This document shows, in pieces, positions 36,102-44,094 of a stretch of DNA of 64,000 bases. Location: the NCBI GenBank assembly GCA_024640885.1, contig JAHEEC010000006.1, positions 5,238 to 69,237 on the forward strand, read 5' to 3'. How positions within the stretch are numbered: position 1 is the stretch's first letter; each line of letters opens with the position of its first letter. The stretch is from Bacteroidota bacterium (lineage in GTDB: Bacteria; Bacteroidota; Bacteroidia; Bacteroidales; GCA-2748055). Below the pieces are notes generated by a model, which saw nothing but the letters and a program-made list of their open reading frames with translations, did no database searches and was not told the origin of the DNA. Position numbers and translations under genes: made by a program.

Positions 36102-36220
36102 GCAATCCAATTTTATTTGACCTTCCCCGGTTCAGGCCGTTTTTTTTATAAACCGACCCTGTGCTGAAGAACATAAGCCCTCACCCACCCAGAAGCTACC
36201 ATAAATAAGACCACGGAAAT

Positions 36221-36254
36221 AAAAAAACCGCTGTAAAATATTAATTTACAGCGG
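36221..36254 (-). terminator. intrinsic terminator of tRNA-Arg
   Basis: Minus RNA: CCGCUGUAAA-N7-UUUACAGCGG followed by U7, 18 nt after the tRNA 3' end. Confidence 0.7.
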
Positions 36255-36271
36255 TTTATATAATCACCGAG

Positions 36272-36345
36272 TGAACTAGGCAGGAGTCGAACCCGCAACC
36301 TCCTGATCCGTAGTCAGGTGCTCTATCCAGTTGAGCTACTAGTCC
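36272..36345 (-). tRNA. tRNA-Arg: tRNA-Arg (anticodon ACG)
   Basis: Hand-folded cloverleaf. Acceptor GGACTAG/CTAGTTC, D arm GCTC-AACTGGATA-GAGC, anticodon arm CCTGA-CTACGGA-TCAGG (ACG), T arm GCGGG-TTCGACT-CCTGC. Discriminator A; no encoded CCA. Confidence 0.95.
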
Positions 36346-36358
36346 GGTAAAGCGAATG

Positions 36359-36388
36359 CAAATTTAATCAATTAGGCATAAATCCAAA
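36359..36388 (-). promoter_or_regulatory. promoter of tRNA-Arg (TTTG-N18-TAAATTTG)
   Basis: Both consensus elements are exact on the minus strand. The -7 box ends 13 nt before the mature tRNA 5' end. Confidence 0.55.
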
Positions 36389-36392
36389 ACAC

Positions 36393-36424
36393 TTTGCCCC
36401 TTATTCCTGTTCTCTATATATTTG
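36393..36424 (+). promoter_or_regulatory. promoter of the AsmA-family gene (TTTG-N20-TATATTTG)
   Basis: Both consensus elements are exact on the plus strand. The -7 box ends 15 nt before ATG 36440, which supports that start over TTG 36422. Confidence 0.55.
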
Positions 36425-36439
36425 ACAAAAGCCAAGGCC

Positions 36440-39271
36440 ATGAAAAAGATCCTCAGGATCATTCTGATCACCGTCAGTGTAATTTTGATTTTAATGATCG
36501 CCGTACCCCTCCTGTTCAGGTCCAAAATTGAGTCCATGGTGAAGGAGCAGGTCAATCAAAACATCCATGCAACCGTGGATTGGTCCGGAATCACACTCTC
36601 CTTTTTTAGAGGGTTCCCCGATCTGAGCATCAATTTGCGCGGGTTGTCCGTGGTGGGCCTGGAGCCCTTCGGGGGAGATACACTCATGGGGCTGGACCGT
36701 TTCGAATTGAGGGTAAATCCGTTTGGTGCCTTTCGAGATCATATGGAGGTGAAGTCTGTTTTGCTGGATCGACCCAAGATCCATGGAATTGTCCTTGAAA
36801 ATGGGACTGCGAACTGGGATATTGTACCTGTCGATTCGGTGAGCGCCCAGGAAACGGGTAGTGAGGATGCAGATGAGTCGGGGACCATGACACTTTCTCT
36901 TGAGCGCTTTGTGGTCAGGGATGGGAGAATCTTTTACAGGGATGCAACCATGGAACTGGAATCAGACCTTGGCCTCGTGAATGCAGAAATGACCGGGGAT
37001 TTTGCAGCCGACCTGAGCGATTTTGAACTGCACATGGCTGTGCAGGAATTCGATTTGAAACAGGGCGGAATCCGTTACCTGAGGCACGGCATCCTCGACC
37101 TTGACCTGGTTGTTTCGGCGGACCTTGTTCAACACATTTACACCCTGAGGAAGAACGAGATCAAATTGAACGGACTGGTGCTGGGTGCAGAGGGAACAGT
37201 GGGTGAACTTGAAGACGGGGCCCTGGAGATGAACCTCAGGGTGTTTTCCAAAGAGACCTCTTTCAAGACCCTGCTTTCCATGGTGCCCGCCATTTACCTG
37301 CAGGACTACCCTTCCATTGAAGCCAGCGGCAACCTGGTTCTGCAGGGTGAGGTGACAGGGTTGATGAAGGACACCATTTACCCGGATGCCAGGCTGACAC
37401 TGGAGGTGTCCGACGGATCTTTCTCTTACCCGGAACTTCCTGAAGAGGTATCGGATATCCAGATCCGGCTCAATGTGGATTACAGGGGGGCGGATATGGA
37501 TGCTACCAGGTTGGAACTGGAAAAGTTCCACATGCTTCTTGCAGGAAATCCCATTGATGTGCAGATGCTGGTGGAAAATCCTTTCAGTGATATGCACGTG
37601 GCGGGCCACGCCCGGGGAAGGATCGACCTGACCTCCCTCCATAAGGTGATGCCCCTTGAAGATATCCGGATCGGGGGGCTCCTGGAGAGTGATCTTCGAT
37701 GGGATACCAGATTGTCTTCCATTGAGCAGGAACGATATGAGGAGGTTGACCTGGAAGGTCGTTTTCAGATGGAAAATGTATCGCTGGAAACACCCGAACT
37801 GGCTGTTCCGGTGGATGTGAAGAAGATGGAACTTGACTTCACTCCAAGGATGGTGGAACTTAAGACGCTGGATCTGGTCATGGGGAGCAGTGATCTGCAA
37901 ATGGATGGCAGGCTTACCAATTTAATCCCTTACGTATTCAGCGGCCAGGTCCTCTCAGGATCACTGAACGTAAGTTCACAGATTTTGGATGCCAATGAGT
38001 TAATGCCTGCGGAGACCGGAGTAGGGGAGGAGGAAACTCCCCAGGGTGAAACTGCGGGTGAACTTGAAGCACCGCCACCGGACTCACTGGCTGATCCGCT
38101 TCCTTTAAAGATCCCCGAAGATATTGATTTCCGTATGATCCTGGATTTGAAAAAGCTCTTATACGGCAGTGTGGAACTTGACAATGTGGTGGGTAAATTA
38201 AGTGTCAGTGGCGGAGTGGCACACATAGAGCAACTGAATATGGAGGTGATACAGGGGAAAGCCTCGGCCACGGGAATTGTGGATACAAGAGGGGATTACC
38301 CTGCTGTGGACCTGGTCATGGAAATGACCGGAGTGGACATTCCATCTTCCTATGAGTCCTTTGTATCCATGGAGAGGCTGGCCCCAATGGCCAAATATTG
38401 CAAAGGAAGCGCCAATGTGAAGATGAAATACCAGTCAAAGCTGGATGCCTCCTTCAACCCGGTCTATGGATCCATCAACGCAAAAGGGAACCTTTATACC
38501 AGAGGGTTGCAGGTCTATAACCTCAACTCCTTCGTCAAACTGAGCGAACTGCTGAAAAATGAAAAGTTCAGGGATATGGCCCCCGATGAAGTGAACGTGC
38601 AGTTCACCGTGCTGGACGGCAGGGTGGTCGTCGCTCCCTTTAAAATGAATTTCGATGCTTCCCGGATCACCGTATCCGGATCCCACGGCATTGACCTGAC
38701 CATGGATTACCTGATGGATATGCAAATTGCAAAAAGTGACCTGGGTTCGGGAGCACGTGAATTGATGGCAGGGATCTCTCTGCTGGCTTCAGGCGCAGGC
38801 TTCCAGGTACCTCAATCGGATTTTGTGAATGTAAAGGCAAGGATCACCGGTACATTTGGTAATCCCAAAATAACCACAGATCTGAGCGGCAACCTCAAAT
38901 CAACCGGTGAAACTGTAAAAACCATTGTGGAGGAGAAAATTACCCAGGAAGTTGAAAAGGCAGAGGAACGGGTGCGTGAGGAAGCCAGTGTAAAAGCGGA
39001 AGAGATCATCAGACAGGCCGAAGAGGAGGCTGAAGCGCTGGTAAAGGAGGCACAGAGAGCAGGGGATAACCTTGTGAAAGAGGCAGAGATCCAGGGAGAG
39101 AAACTGATCAAGGAAGCGGGGAGCAATCCCATCAGGCAGGTGGCAGCCAAACGAGCAGCCGGGGAGCTGAACACTCAGGCAAAGAAACAATCTGAGAGCC
39201 TGGTCAAAGAAGCCGAATCCAAAGCGTCGGCCATGATCGAACAGGCAAGGGCAGAGGCAGCCAGGTTATAG
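36440..39271 (+). CDS. AsmA family protein
   Basis: About 943 aa. N-terminal anchor MKKILRIILITVSVILILMIAVPLLF, a long beta-rich body, and an AsmA-like C-terminal region, plus a charged helical tail. Confidence 0.8.
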   Translation: MKKILRIILITVSVILILMIAVPLLFRSKIESMVKEQVNQNIHATVDWSGITLSFFRGFPDLSINLRGLSVVGLEPFGGDTLMGLDRFELRVNPFGAFRDHMEVKSVLLDRPKIHGIVLENGTANWDIVPVDSVSAQETGSEDADESGTMTLSLERFVVRDGRIFYRDATMELESDLGLVNAEMTGDFAADLSDFELHMAVQEFDLKQGGIRYLRHGILDLDLVVSADLVQHIYTLRKNEIKLNGLVLGAEGTVGELEDGALEMNLRVFSKETSFKTLLSMVPAIYLQDYPSIEASGNLVLQGEVTGLMKDTIYPDARLTLEVSDGSFSYPELPEEVSDIQIRLNVDYRGADMDATRLELEKFHMLLAGNPIDVQMLVENPFSDMHVAGHARGRIDLTSLHKVMPLEDIRIGGLLESDLRWDTRLSSIEQERYEEVDLEGRFQMENVSLETPELAVPVDVKKMELDFTPRMVELKTLDLVMGSSDLQMDGRLTNLIPYVFSGQVLSGSLNVSSQILDANELMPAETGVGEEETPQGETAGELEAPPPDSLADPLPLKIPEDIDFRMILDLKKLLYGSVELDNVVGKLSVSGGVAHIEQLNMEVIQGKASATGIVDTRGDYPAVDLVMEMTGVDIPSSYESFVSMERLAPMAKYCKGSANVKMKYQSKLDASFNPVYGSINAKGNLYTRGLQVYNLNSFVKLSELLKNEKFRDMAPDEVNVQFTVLDGRVVVAPFKMNFDASRITVSGSHGIDLTMDYLMDMQIAKSDLGSGARELMAGISLLASGAGFQVPQSDFVNVKARITGTFGNPKITTDLSGNLKSTGETVKTIVEEKITQEVEKAEERVREEASVKAEEIIRQAEEEAEALVKEAQRAGDNLVKEAEIQGEKLIKEAGSNPIRQVAAKRAAGELNTQAKKQSESLVKEAESKASAMIEQARAEAARL

Positions 39272-39292
39272 ATCCCGGGTTGAAATTATCGG

Positions 39293-39325
39293 AAAGAAAA
39301 AAGGCCGTCCGATTGGGACAGCCTT
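39293..39325 (-). terminator. intrinsic terminator of rplS
   Basis: Minus RNA: AAGGCUGUCC-CAAUC-GGACGGCCUU (10 bp, one G-U) followed by UUUUCUUU, 27 nt after the rplS stop. Confidence 0.6.
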
Positions 39326-39351
39326 CAATTCTTTCAAACCTATACAGCAGA

Positions 39352-39699
39352 TTAAAATCTCTTCTCCCTGATCCGGGCTTTCTTGCCGGTAAGCTCGCGG
39401 AAGTAAAAGATCCTTGCCCTTCTTACACGTCCGTATTTATTGATTTCCACCTTGTCAATAAACGGGGAGGAGCTGGGGAAGATCCTCTCAACTCCAATGT
39501 TTCCTGACATTTTACGAACGGTAAAAGTTTCTGTGTTTCCTTTTCCACGGCGCTGGATCACAACCCCCCTGAATTGCTGGATGCGCTCTTTGTTCCCTTC
39601 ACTGATCTTGTAGTGAACGGTAACGGTATCACCGGCACTGAATTTTGGGAGCTCAGCCTGGGGTGCATATTCCTGGTCAACAACCTTCATTAAATCCAT
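39352..39699 (-). CDS. rplS: 50S ribosomal protein L19
   Basis: 115 aa. [26 protein letters not shown]...G.G..ETFTVRK...GVERIFP..SP is the L19 signature. Confidence 0.97.
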   Translation of the reverse strand: MDLMKVVDQEYAPQAELPKFSAGDTVTVHYKISEGNKERIQQFRGVVIQRRGKGNTETFTVRKMSGNIGVERIFPSSSPFIDKVEINKYGRVRRARIFYFRELTGKKARIREKRF

Positions 39700-39743
39700 G
39701 ATTCTATTCTTTATATAATGCGACGCCTCGATTTAACAGGTCG

Positions 39744-39751
39744 CAAAAGTA
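39744..39751 (-). promoter_or_regulatory. candidate -7 box TActTTTG for rplS
   Basis: Exact TAnnTTTG on the minus strand, 44 nt upstream of ATG 39699. TTTA (3/4 match) lies 21 nt further upstream. Confidence 0.4.
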
Positions 39752-39808
39752 CAAATAATTTTCTATTACTAATAAATTTGACGAGGATTTATTAACAACC
39801 ACATCTGA

Positions 39809-41494
39809 TTAATGGGATTCTACCTTGGGCGCCTTCAGGTTCTTTCCTGCATCTTTCACGACGATCTCTTTCCATTGCTCCGAGTATCCAGGTTGATCGG
39901 GGCTTAGCGGATAGCCATCGGAACTGCGCTGGAACACACCGTTCTCTTCCTTTTTGATGTTCCCGTCAATGTACTTCACGAGTAAGAACTGACCGAGTTT
40001 TTTATACCGCTGCACAGTATATTCCCCCATGTTGACAGAATAGTTTGTAACAAACTCCCTGGCCATATCCGGGTTTACTTCATAGAGCGCGGCAGCAGCA
40101 GCGTCAATGGTCGGGACCTCGGATGTGAACTTTTCTTCCAGCTCTCCCTGCACTTTCCGCACATCCACCATCATGGCGTTGTACCTCAGGTAGCTGAAAT
40201 TTGAAACAAAACTGAAGGTCCAGAAAGCTGAGGTTTCCGAATAGGTCAGAAGGTCGCCGTTCCCCACGGCATAAGAAGGGGGAACGCGGGTCATCCCGCT
40301 GTACATGGGCACATAGGTGGTGGCTGCCGCATCGTCGATCCCAAACCACAGGATCCCCCCGAGGAAATCAGGTTTTACAGGCCTGCTTTCAGCCACGAAT
40401 GAAAATCCTGTTTGTTGTGTGGCAGTGGCACGCTCGTTCACATACATCTTCCCGTCCTGTTCCCAGGTGAGGGGCCTCCAGCGGTAAGGAAGCCCAAAGG
40501 GACCGGCTCCGGCATCCTTGGTCATGTCCAGTGGGGTCCCTTCCAGGTGGTCCCTCATGAAATTCATCAGGTCCCTGTTGCTCAATTTCCTGTTGGGTTT
40601 AATATAGAGTGGCATGCGGTTTTCAAGGTCCTCTCCTTTTACATATTCAAAATACTGTTGCATGCCATCATTGATCTCCTTAAAAAAGGACCATACACGG
40701 ATGTCGCAGAAGCGTGCTCCTTCAAAAGTGATAGGTGCATAGGTGTCTGAAAAGCTGAACGCTTCATCTGTACCTGAATAATATCCTTTCTCTCTTGCGA
40801 ACTCGATTACATCGGGTGCATAGATACAATTCTCCGGGTCGTCCAGGGGGAATTGCTGGATCCGTGCCTGGTTCGCATGACCCGAAACATATCCGTCAGG
40901 GATCCTGACAGCCACCCAGACGGCCCCTTTGTACTTGTTGTAACTCTTTCCGCCCCTGGTAACCATCTCGGTTCCCTTGCCGATCAGTTCCATGATCCAG
41001 ACTTCATTGGGATCGGCGATAGAGAAAGATTCGCCGGAGCTGCAGTAACCATGTTCTGCCACCAGGTCGCCCATGATATGGATCGCCTCCCGTGCAGTCC
41101 TTGCACGTTGCAGGGTAATATAGATCAGGCTCCCGTAATCGATGGTCCCTGTGCTGTCATAAAGTTCGCTCCTTCCACCATATGTGGTCTCTCCAATGGC
41201 CACCTGGTGCTCATTCATGTTGCCCACCACTGAATAGGTATGGGCGAGCTGGGGAATCCGGCCAAGGAACCGGTTTGTATCCCACTCGTAGACATCCATC
41301 AGGGTGCCCGGAGGGTAATCGGCAGCGGGCCTGAAGTAAAGCTCGCCATATAACACATGGGCATCCGCAGCATAGGTGATCATAGCGGTCCCGTTTACTG
41401 ATGCGCCCGGGGTGACCAGGAAATTGGTGCATGCAAGCACCTCTCCACTCAAAACTGACAGTGCCAGGACAAAGGATAGATTTACTCTTCTCAT
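39809..41494 (-). CDS. C69 family dipeptidase, secreted
   Basis: Signal peptide followed by the nucleophile context LACTNFLV. ATG 41494 is used because the 41503 start is TTG. Confidence 0.9.
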   Translation of the reverse strand: MRRVNLSFVLALSVLSGEVLACTNFLVTPGASVNGTAMITYAADAHVLYGELYFRPAADYPPGTLMDVYEWDTNRFLGRIPQLAHTYSVVGNMNEHQVAIGETTYGGRSELYDSTGTIDYGSLIYITLQRARTAREAIHIMGDLVAEHGYCSSGESFSIADPNEVWIMELIGKGTEMVTRGGKSYNKYKGAVWVAVRIPDGYVSGHANQARIQQFPLDDPENCIYAPDVIEFAREKGYYSGTDEAFSFSDTYAPITFEGARFCDIRVWSFFKEINDGMQQYFEYVKGEDLENRMPLYIKPNRKLSNRDLMNFMRDHLEGTPLDMTKDAGAGPFGLPYRWRPLTWEQDGKMYVNERATATQQTGFSFVAESRPVKPDFLGGILWFGIDDAAATTYVPMYSGMTRVPPSYAVGNGDLLTYSETSAFWTFSFVSNFSYLRYNAMMVDVRKVQGELEEKFTSEVPTIDAAAAALYEVNPDMAREFVTNYSVNMGEYTVQRYKKLGQFLLVKYIDGNIKKEENGVFQRSSDGYPLSPDQPGYSEQWKEIVVKDAGKNLKAPKVESH

Positions 41495-41601
41495 AACTTT
41501 CAAACTTTAAGACTTTACAAACATTATAGACTCGGCAAACTTTTTTCGAAACGCAAAGATTTCATTTTTCTCACTAACTGGCAACCTTTGTGATTGAAAA
41601 A

Positions 41602-41617
41602 CATGAAATATTTCATG
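41602..41617. promoter_or_regulatory. perfect 16-nt palindrome CATGAAATATTTCATG upstream of the dipeptidase gene
   Basis: Self-complementary over all 16 nt. It lies 108 nt upstream of ATG 41494 and downstream of a minus-strand TAAATTTG box at 41639-41646. Confidence 0.3.
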
Positions 41618-41668
41618 CTTCTTAAAATCCATAAGTGCCAAATTTAAATTATTTTAACACTTGAGGCA

Positions 41669-41698
41669 TTGGGATCCCTCCGATTCTGATTATCTTTG
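41669..41698 (+). promoter_or_regulatory. orphan plus-strand promoter (aTTG-N19-TATCTTTG)
   Basis: The -7 element is exact (TAtcTTTG, 41691-41698) and TTG lies 19 nt upstream. No plus-strand CDS follows. Confidence 0.5.
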
Positions 41699-41781
41699 TG
41701 GCATAGTATTTGTAGTTCTATTATCAGGAGATAGGTATAAGCTTTAAGCAAAGCGTTCATAGAATAAGATTTCTAGTCATA

Positions 41782-41828
41782 AGTAGTTTAGTTAGTAGTT
41801 TAGTTGGTAGTTTTAGTTAGTGTTGTAG
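41782..41828 (+). repeat. degenerate 12-13 nt tandem repeat (AGTAGTTTAGTT x2, GGTAGTTTTAGTT, AGTGTTGTAG)
   Basis: Read directly from the sequence. The first two units are identical. Confidence 0.8.
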
Positions 41829-41866
41829 AAAAGGGTCAGTCGCCAGATGGACCCTTTTCTTTTTTT
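41828..41866 (+). terminator. intrinsic terminator (10-bp perfect stem plus T7), plus-strand polarity
   Basis: GAAAAGGGTC-N12-GACCCTTTTC followed by TTTTTTT. The T-tract runs into the stop codon (41865-41867) of the convergent Fe-ADH gene, so the hairpin may also act on that transcript. Confidence 0.6.
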
Positions 41867-43007
41867 AGAAAACATGCGACAATAGCTCAGCCCGTTCACC
41901 ATCCGATAACCTGTAATTGATCCCGCCTGCCCGGTTCCTGTTCATCAGTGAGAGGATCTCTTCGCGTTTTGAAGCATCTATGGACGCCTCAGGACAGGTG
42001 ATGGGACTTCCCAGGGAGGAAAAAAGATTCTCGAATGCTTTAATGGTCTCCTCCACCGACTGAAAGCCAAATAGCTCCTTTCCCAGGTAAGTGATCCGGT
42101 CACCGGCCCTTTCCCGCATGGTTTTCATCCATGCAGGATACATAATGGAGAGGGTGGCTCCGTGAGGCGTATCGTAGAGGAACGAGAGCACATGGCCCAG
42201 TGCATGGACCCCCCAGTCACCCGACTCGCGGCCGTACAGGGTCACGTTGTTCAGTGCATTGGTGGCTGCCCACATGATCCTTGCCCGCAGCTCATAATTG
42301 TCGGGGTCCTTCATCAGGGAGGGTCCGTATTGCATGGCCTCCCTTATGATGGCCACCACGAAACGGTCGGAAAGGGAAGCATCTCCTCCACCGAACCAGG
42401 CTTCCAGGCTATGGGCCACCAGATCCACTATACCATATGCGGTGTAATTTAGCGGGACCGAAAGGGTATACTGTGGATCAAGGAATGAATGGACAGGATA
42501 CATCAGGTCGTTCCTGTAACCAATTTTCTCCATGGTTTCAGGATTCTGAAGGACTGCAACCGCATTCATCTCGGTTCCCGTGGCCGCAAGTGTAAGCACT
42601 GCAATAAGAGGCAGTGCCCCGGTGGGTCCATGGATCCCTTTCATCACCTTCCAGGCATCGCATCCGTCGGCGATGCAGATGGCAATGATCTTGGCCGAGT
42701 CGATGACGCTTCCACCTCCGACTGCGACCACAAGATCGACCTTCATTTCGCGTCCGAGCCTGGCTGCCCTGTTCACGTCTTCTGTGAGAGGATTTGGTTT
42801 GATGCCACTGAATTCGGTGATGTCAATATCATTTTGATTCAGCTGGTCTCTGGTATCCTGCAGACTGCCGTTGCGGAGTACCGATCCTCCACCGTAAACC
42901 ACCAGTGCCCTGCTTCCAAGCAGTGCGGCCTGGCTGCCGAGTTCACCGACCACTCCGCGGCCGAAATGGAGTTTTGTGGGATTGAATGCAGTAAAATTAT
43001 TCTTCAT
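41865..43007 (-). CDS. iron-containing alcohol dehydrogenase (YqhD/butanol dehydrogenase-like)
   Basis: MKNNFTAFNPTKLHFGRG matches the YqhD-type N-terminus. GGGSVIDSAK and ATGTEMN motifs. ATG 43007 overlaps the anmK end by 11 nt. The ORF-track start at 43073 is GTG. Confidence 0.9.
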   Translation of the reverse strand: MKNNFTAFNPTKLHFGRGVVGELGSQAALLGSRALVVYGGGSVLRNGSLQDTRDQLNQNDIDITEFSGIKPNPLTEDVNRAARLGREMKVDLVVAVGGGSVIDSAKIIAICIADGCDAWKVMKGIHGPTGALPLIAVLTLAATGTEMNAVAVLQNPETMEKIGYRNDLMYPVHSFLDPQYTLSVPLNYTAYGIVDLVAHSLEAWFGGGDASLSDRFVVAIIREAMQYGPSLMKDPDNYELRARIMWAATNALNNVTLYGRESGDWGVHALGHVLSFLYDTPHGATLSIMYPAWMKTMRERAGDRITYLGKELFGFQSVEETIKAFENLFSSLGSPITCPEASIDASKREEILSLMNRNRAGGINYRLSDGERAELLSHVF

Positions 43008-44088
43008 ATCGATCTTCATTTTTGGTTGTGTAGAGGGTGCCTGCCGAAAGATCCTTTTCGCCGCCCGTGGCACTGGCGAGGCAATTTACCTCACCCCGGA
43101 TGCGCAGCAGGCCCAGGAATGCAAATACCAGTGCCTCCTTGAACCGGATCAGGAGCAGGTCGGGGATCTCCAATCTGGCCACGGCATGGTATTTTAACCG
43201 CTCCAACAGGGATTGGTTCAGTGCGCCCCCGCCGGTAACGAGGATGGAGCTTACCTCAGCGCGGTTGCTCCCCATGCTGATCTGCATGGCAATATGCTCC
43301 ACGGCGGTGGCCATCAAGTCTTCCACCGGCAGTTTGCTTTGTTCAAGAATGGGATGAAATTGGTCCAGGAACCACTCCCTTCCCAGTGATTTAGGAGGCG
43401 CCTTGCGGTAAAACGCCAGGCTGTTCAGAGCCTGCAACAGGGCATGGTCCACCTTTCCGCTCCGGGCGATCATTCCACCGTCATCATACTGGAGCCCTCT
43501 CAGTCCGGCAATCCAGTCCAGGGCCATGTTGGCGGGGCAGAGATCAAATGCGATCCGCTTTCCCGAGCCATCATCAAAGGAAATATTTGCGAAACCGCCA
43601 AGGTTCAGGCACCCATCATAATCACCGAAAAGCAACCTGTCCCCCACAGGAACAAGGGGTGCACCCTGTCCGCCCTGGGAGACATCCGGTTTCCTGAAAT
43701 CATTGACCACTGCAATTCCCGTATTCTCTGCCATGATCCCCCCATGACCCGCCTGCACGGTGATCCCCCGTTCAGGTTCATGAAGAATTGTGTGTCCGTG
43801 GGAGGAGATCAGATCAGGCCTTAAGCTGTGGGCGGAGTGGAAATCATTTAACAATCCTGCATAATGCAGTCCCAGTTCAATGTCAAGCGATTCAATTTCA
43901 GAGGCATTCAAATTGCAGGCTCCTGCCAGTCTCTCCCTGAGATATAAAGGATAGGGAAAGGTTTCTGCAGCAAGGATGTTAAATTTCCATGTTGATCCGT
44001 TAAGGAAGAAGTCACAGCAGGCAAGGTCAACCCCATCCATGGAGGATCCCGACATTAAGCCTGTTACCCTGTATTGATCAGGTTTCAT
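42997..44088 (-). CDS. anmK: anhydro-N-acetylmuramic acid kinase
   Basis: 363 aa. GLMSGSSMDGVD N-terminal motif, with an overall AnmK layout. Confidence 0.9.
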   Translation of the reverse strand: MKPDQYRVTGLMSGSSMDGVDLACCDFFLNGSTWKFNILAAETFPYPLYLRERLAGACNLNASEIESLDIELGLHYAGLLNDFHSAHSLRPDLISSHGHTILHEPERGITVQAGHGGIMAENTGIAVVNDFRKPDVSQGGQGAPLVPVGDRLLFGDYDGCLNLGGFANISFDDGSGKRIAFDLCPANMALDWIAGLRGLQYDDGGMIARSGKVDHALLQALNSLAFYRKAPPKSLGREWFLDQFHPILEQSKLPVEDLMATAVEHIAMQISMGSNRAEVSSILVTGGGALNQSLLERLKYHAVARLEIPDLLLIRFKEALVFAFLGLLRIRGEVNCLASATGGEKDLSAGTLYTTKNEDRYEE

Positions 44089-44094
44089 TTTTTC

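Larger units (their letters stand above)
41705..41866 (+). ncRNA. candidate small RNA (about 160 nt) with UAGUU repeats; 5' end inferred
   Basis: Bounded by the promoter at 41669-41698 and the terminator at 41828-41866. It has no ATG ORF and stops in all frames. The start coordinate is an estimate, about 6 nt after the -7 box. Confidence 0.45.

Noticed and set aside
39719-39745. Hairpin TGCGAC-N15-GTCGCA upstream of rplS as an L19 leader-type regulatory RNA
   Set aside because: The best -7 box for rplS (39744-39751) overlaps the upstream arm, so most of that arm would not be transcribed. The stem is only 6 bp with a 15-nt loop, and no U-tract follows.
41782-41828. Short tandem repeats as a CRISPR array or minisatellite
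   Set aside because: The units are 10-13 nt, directly abutting with no spacers, and number only four copies. No cas genes are present. They are interpreted instead as part of the candidate sRNA.
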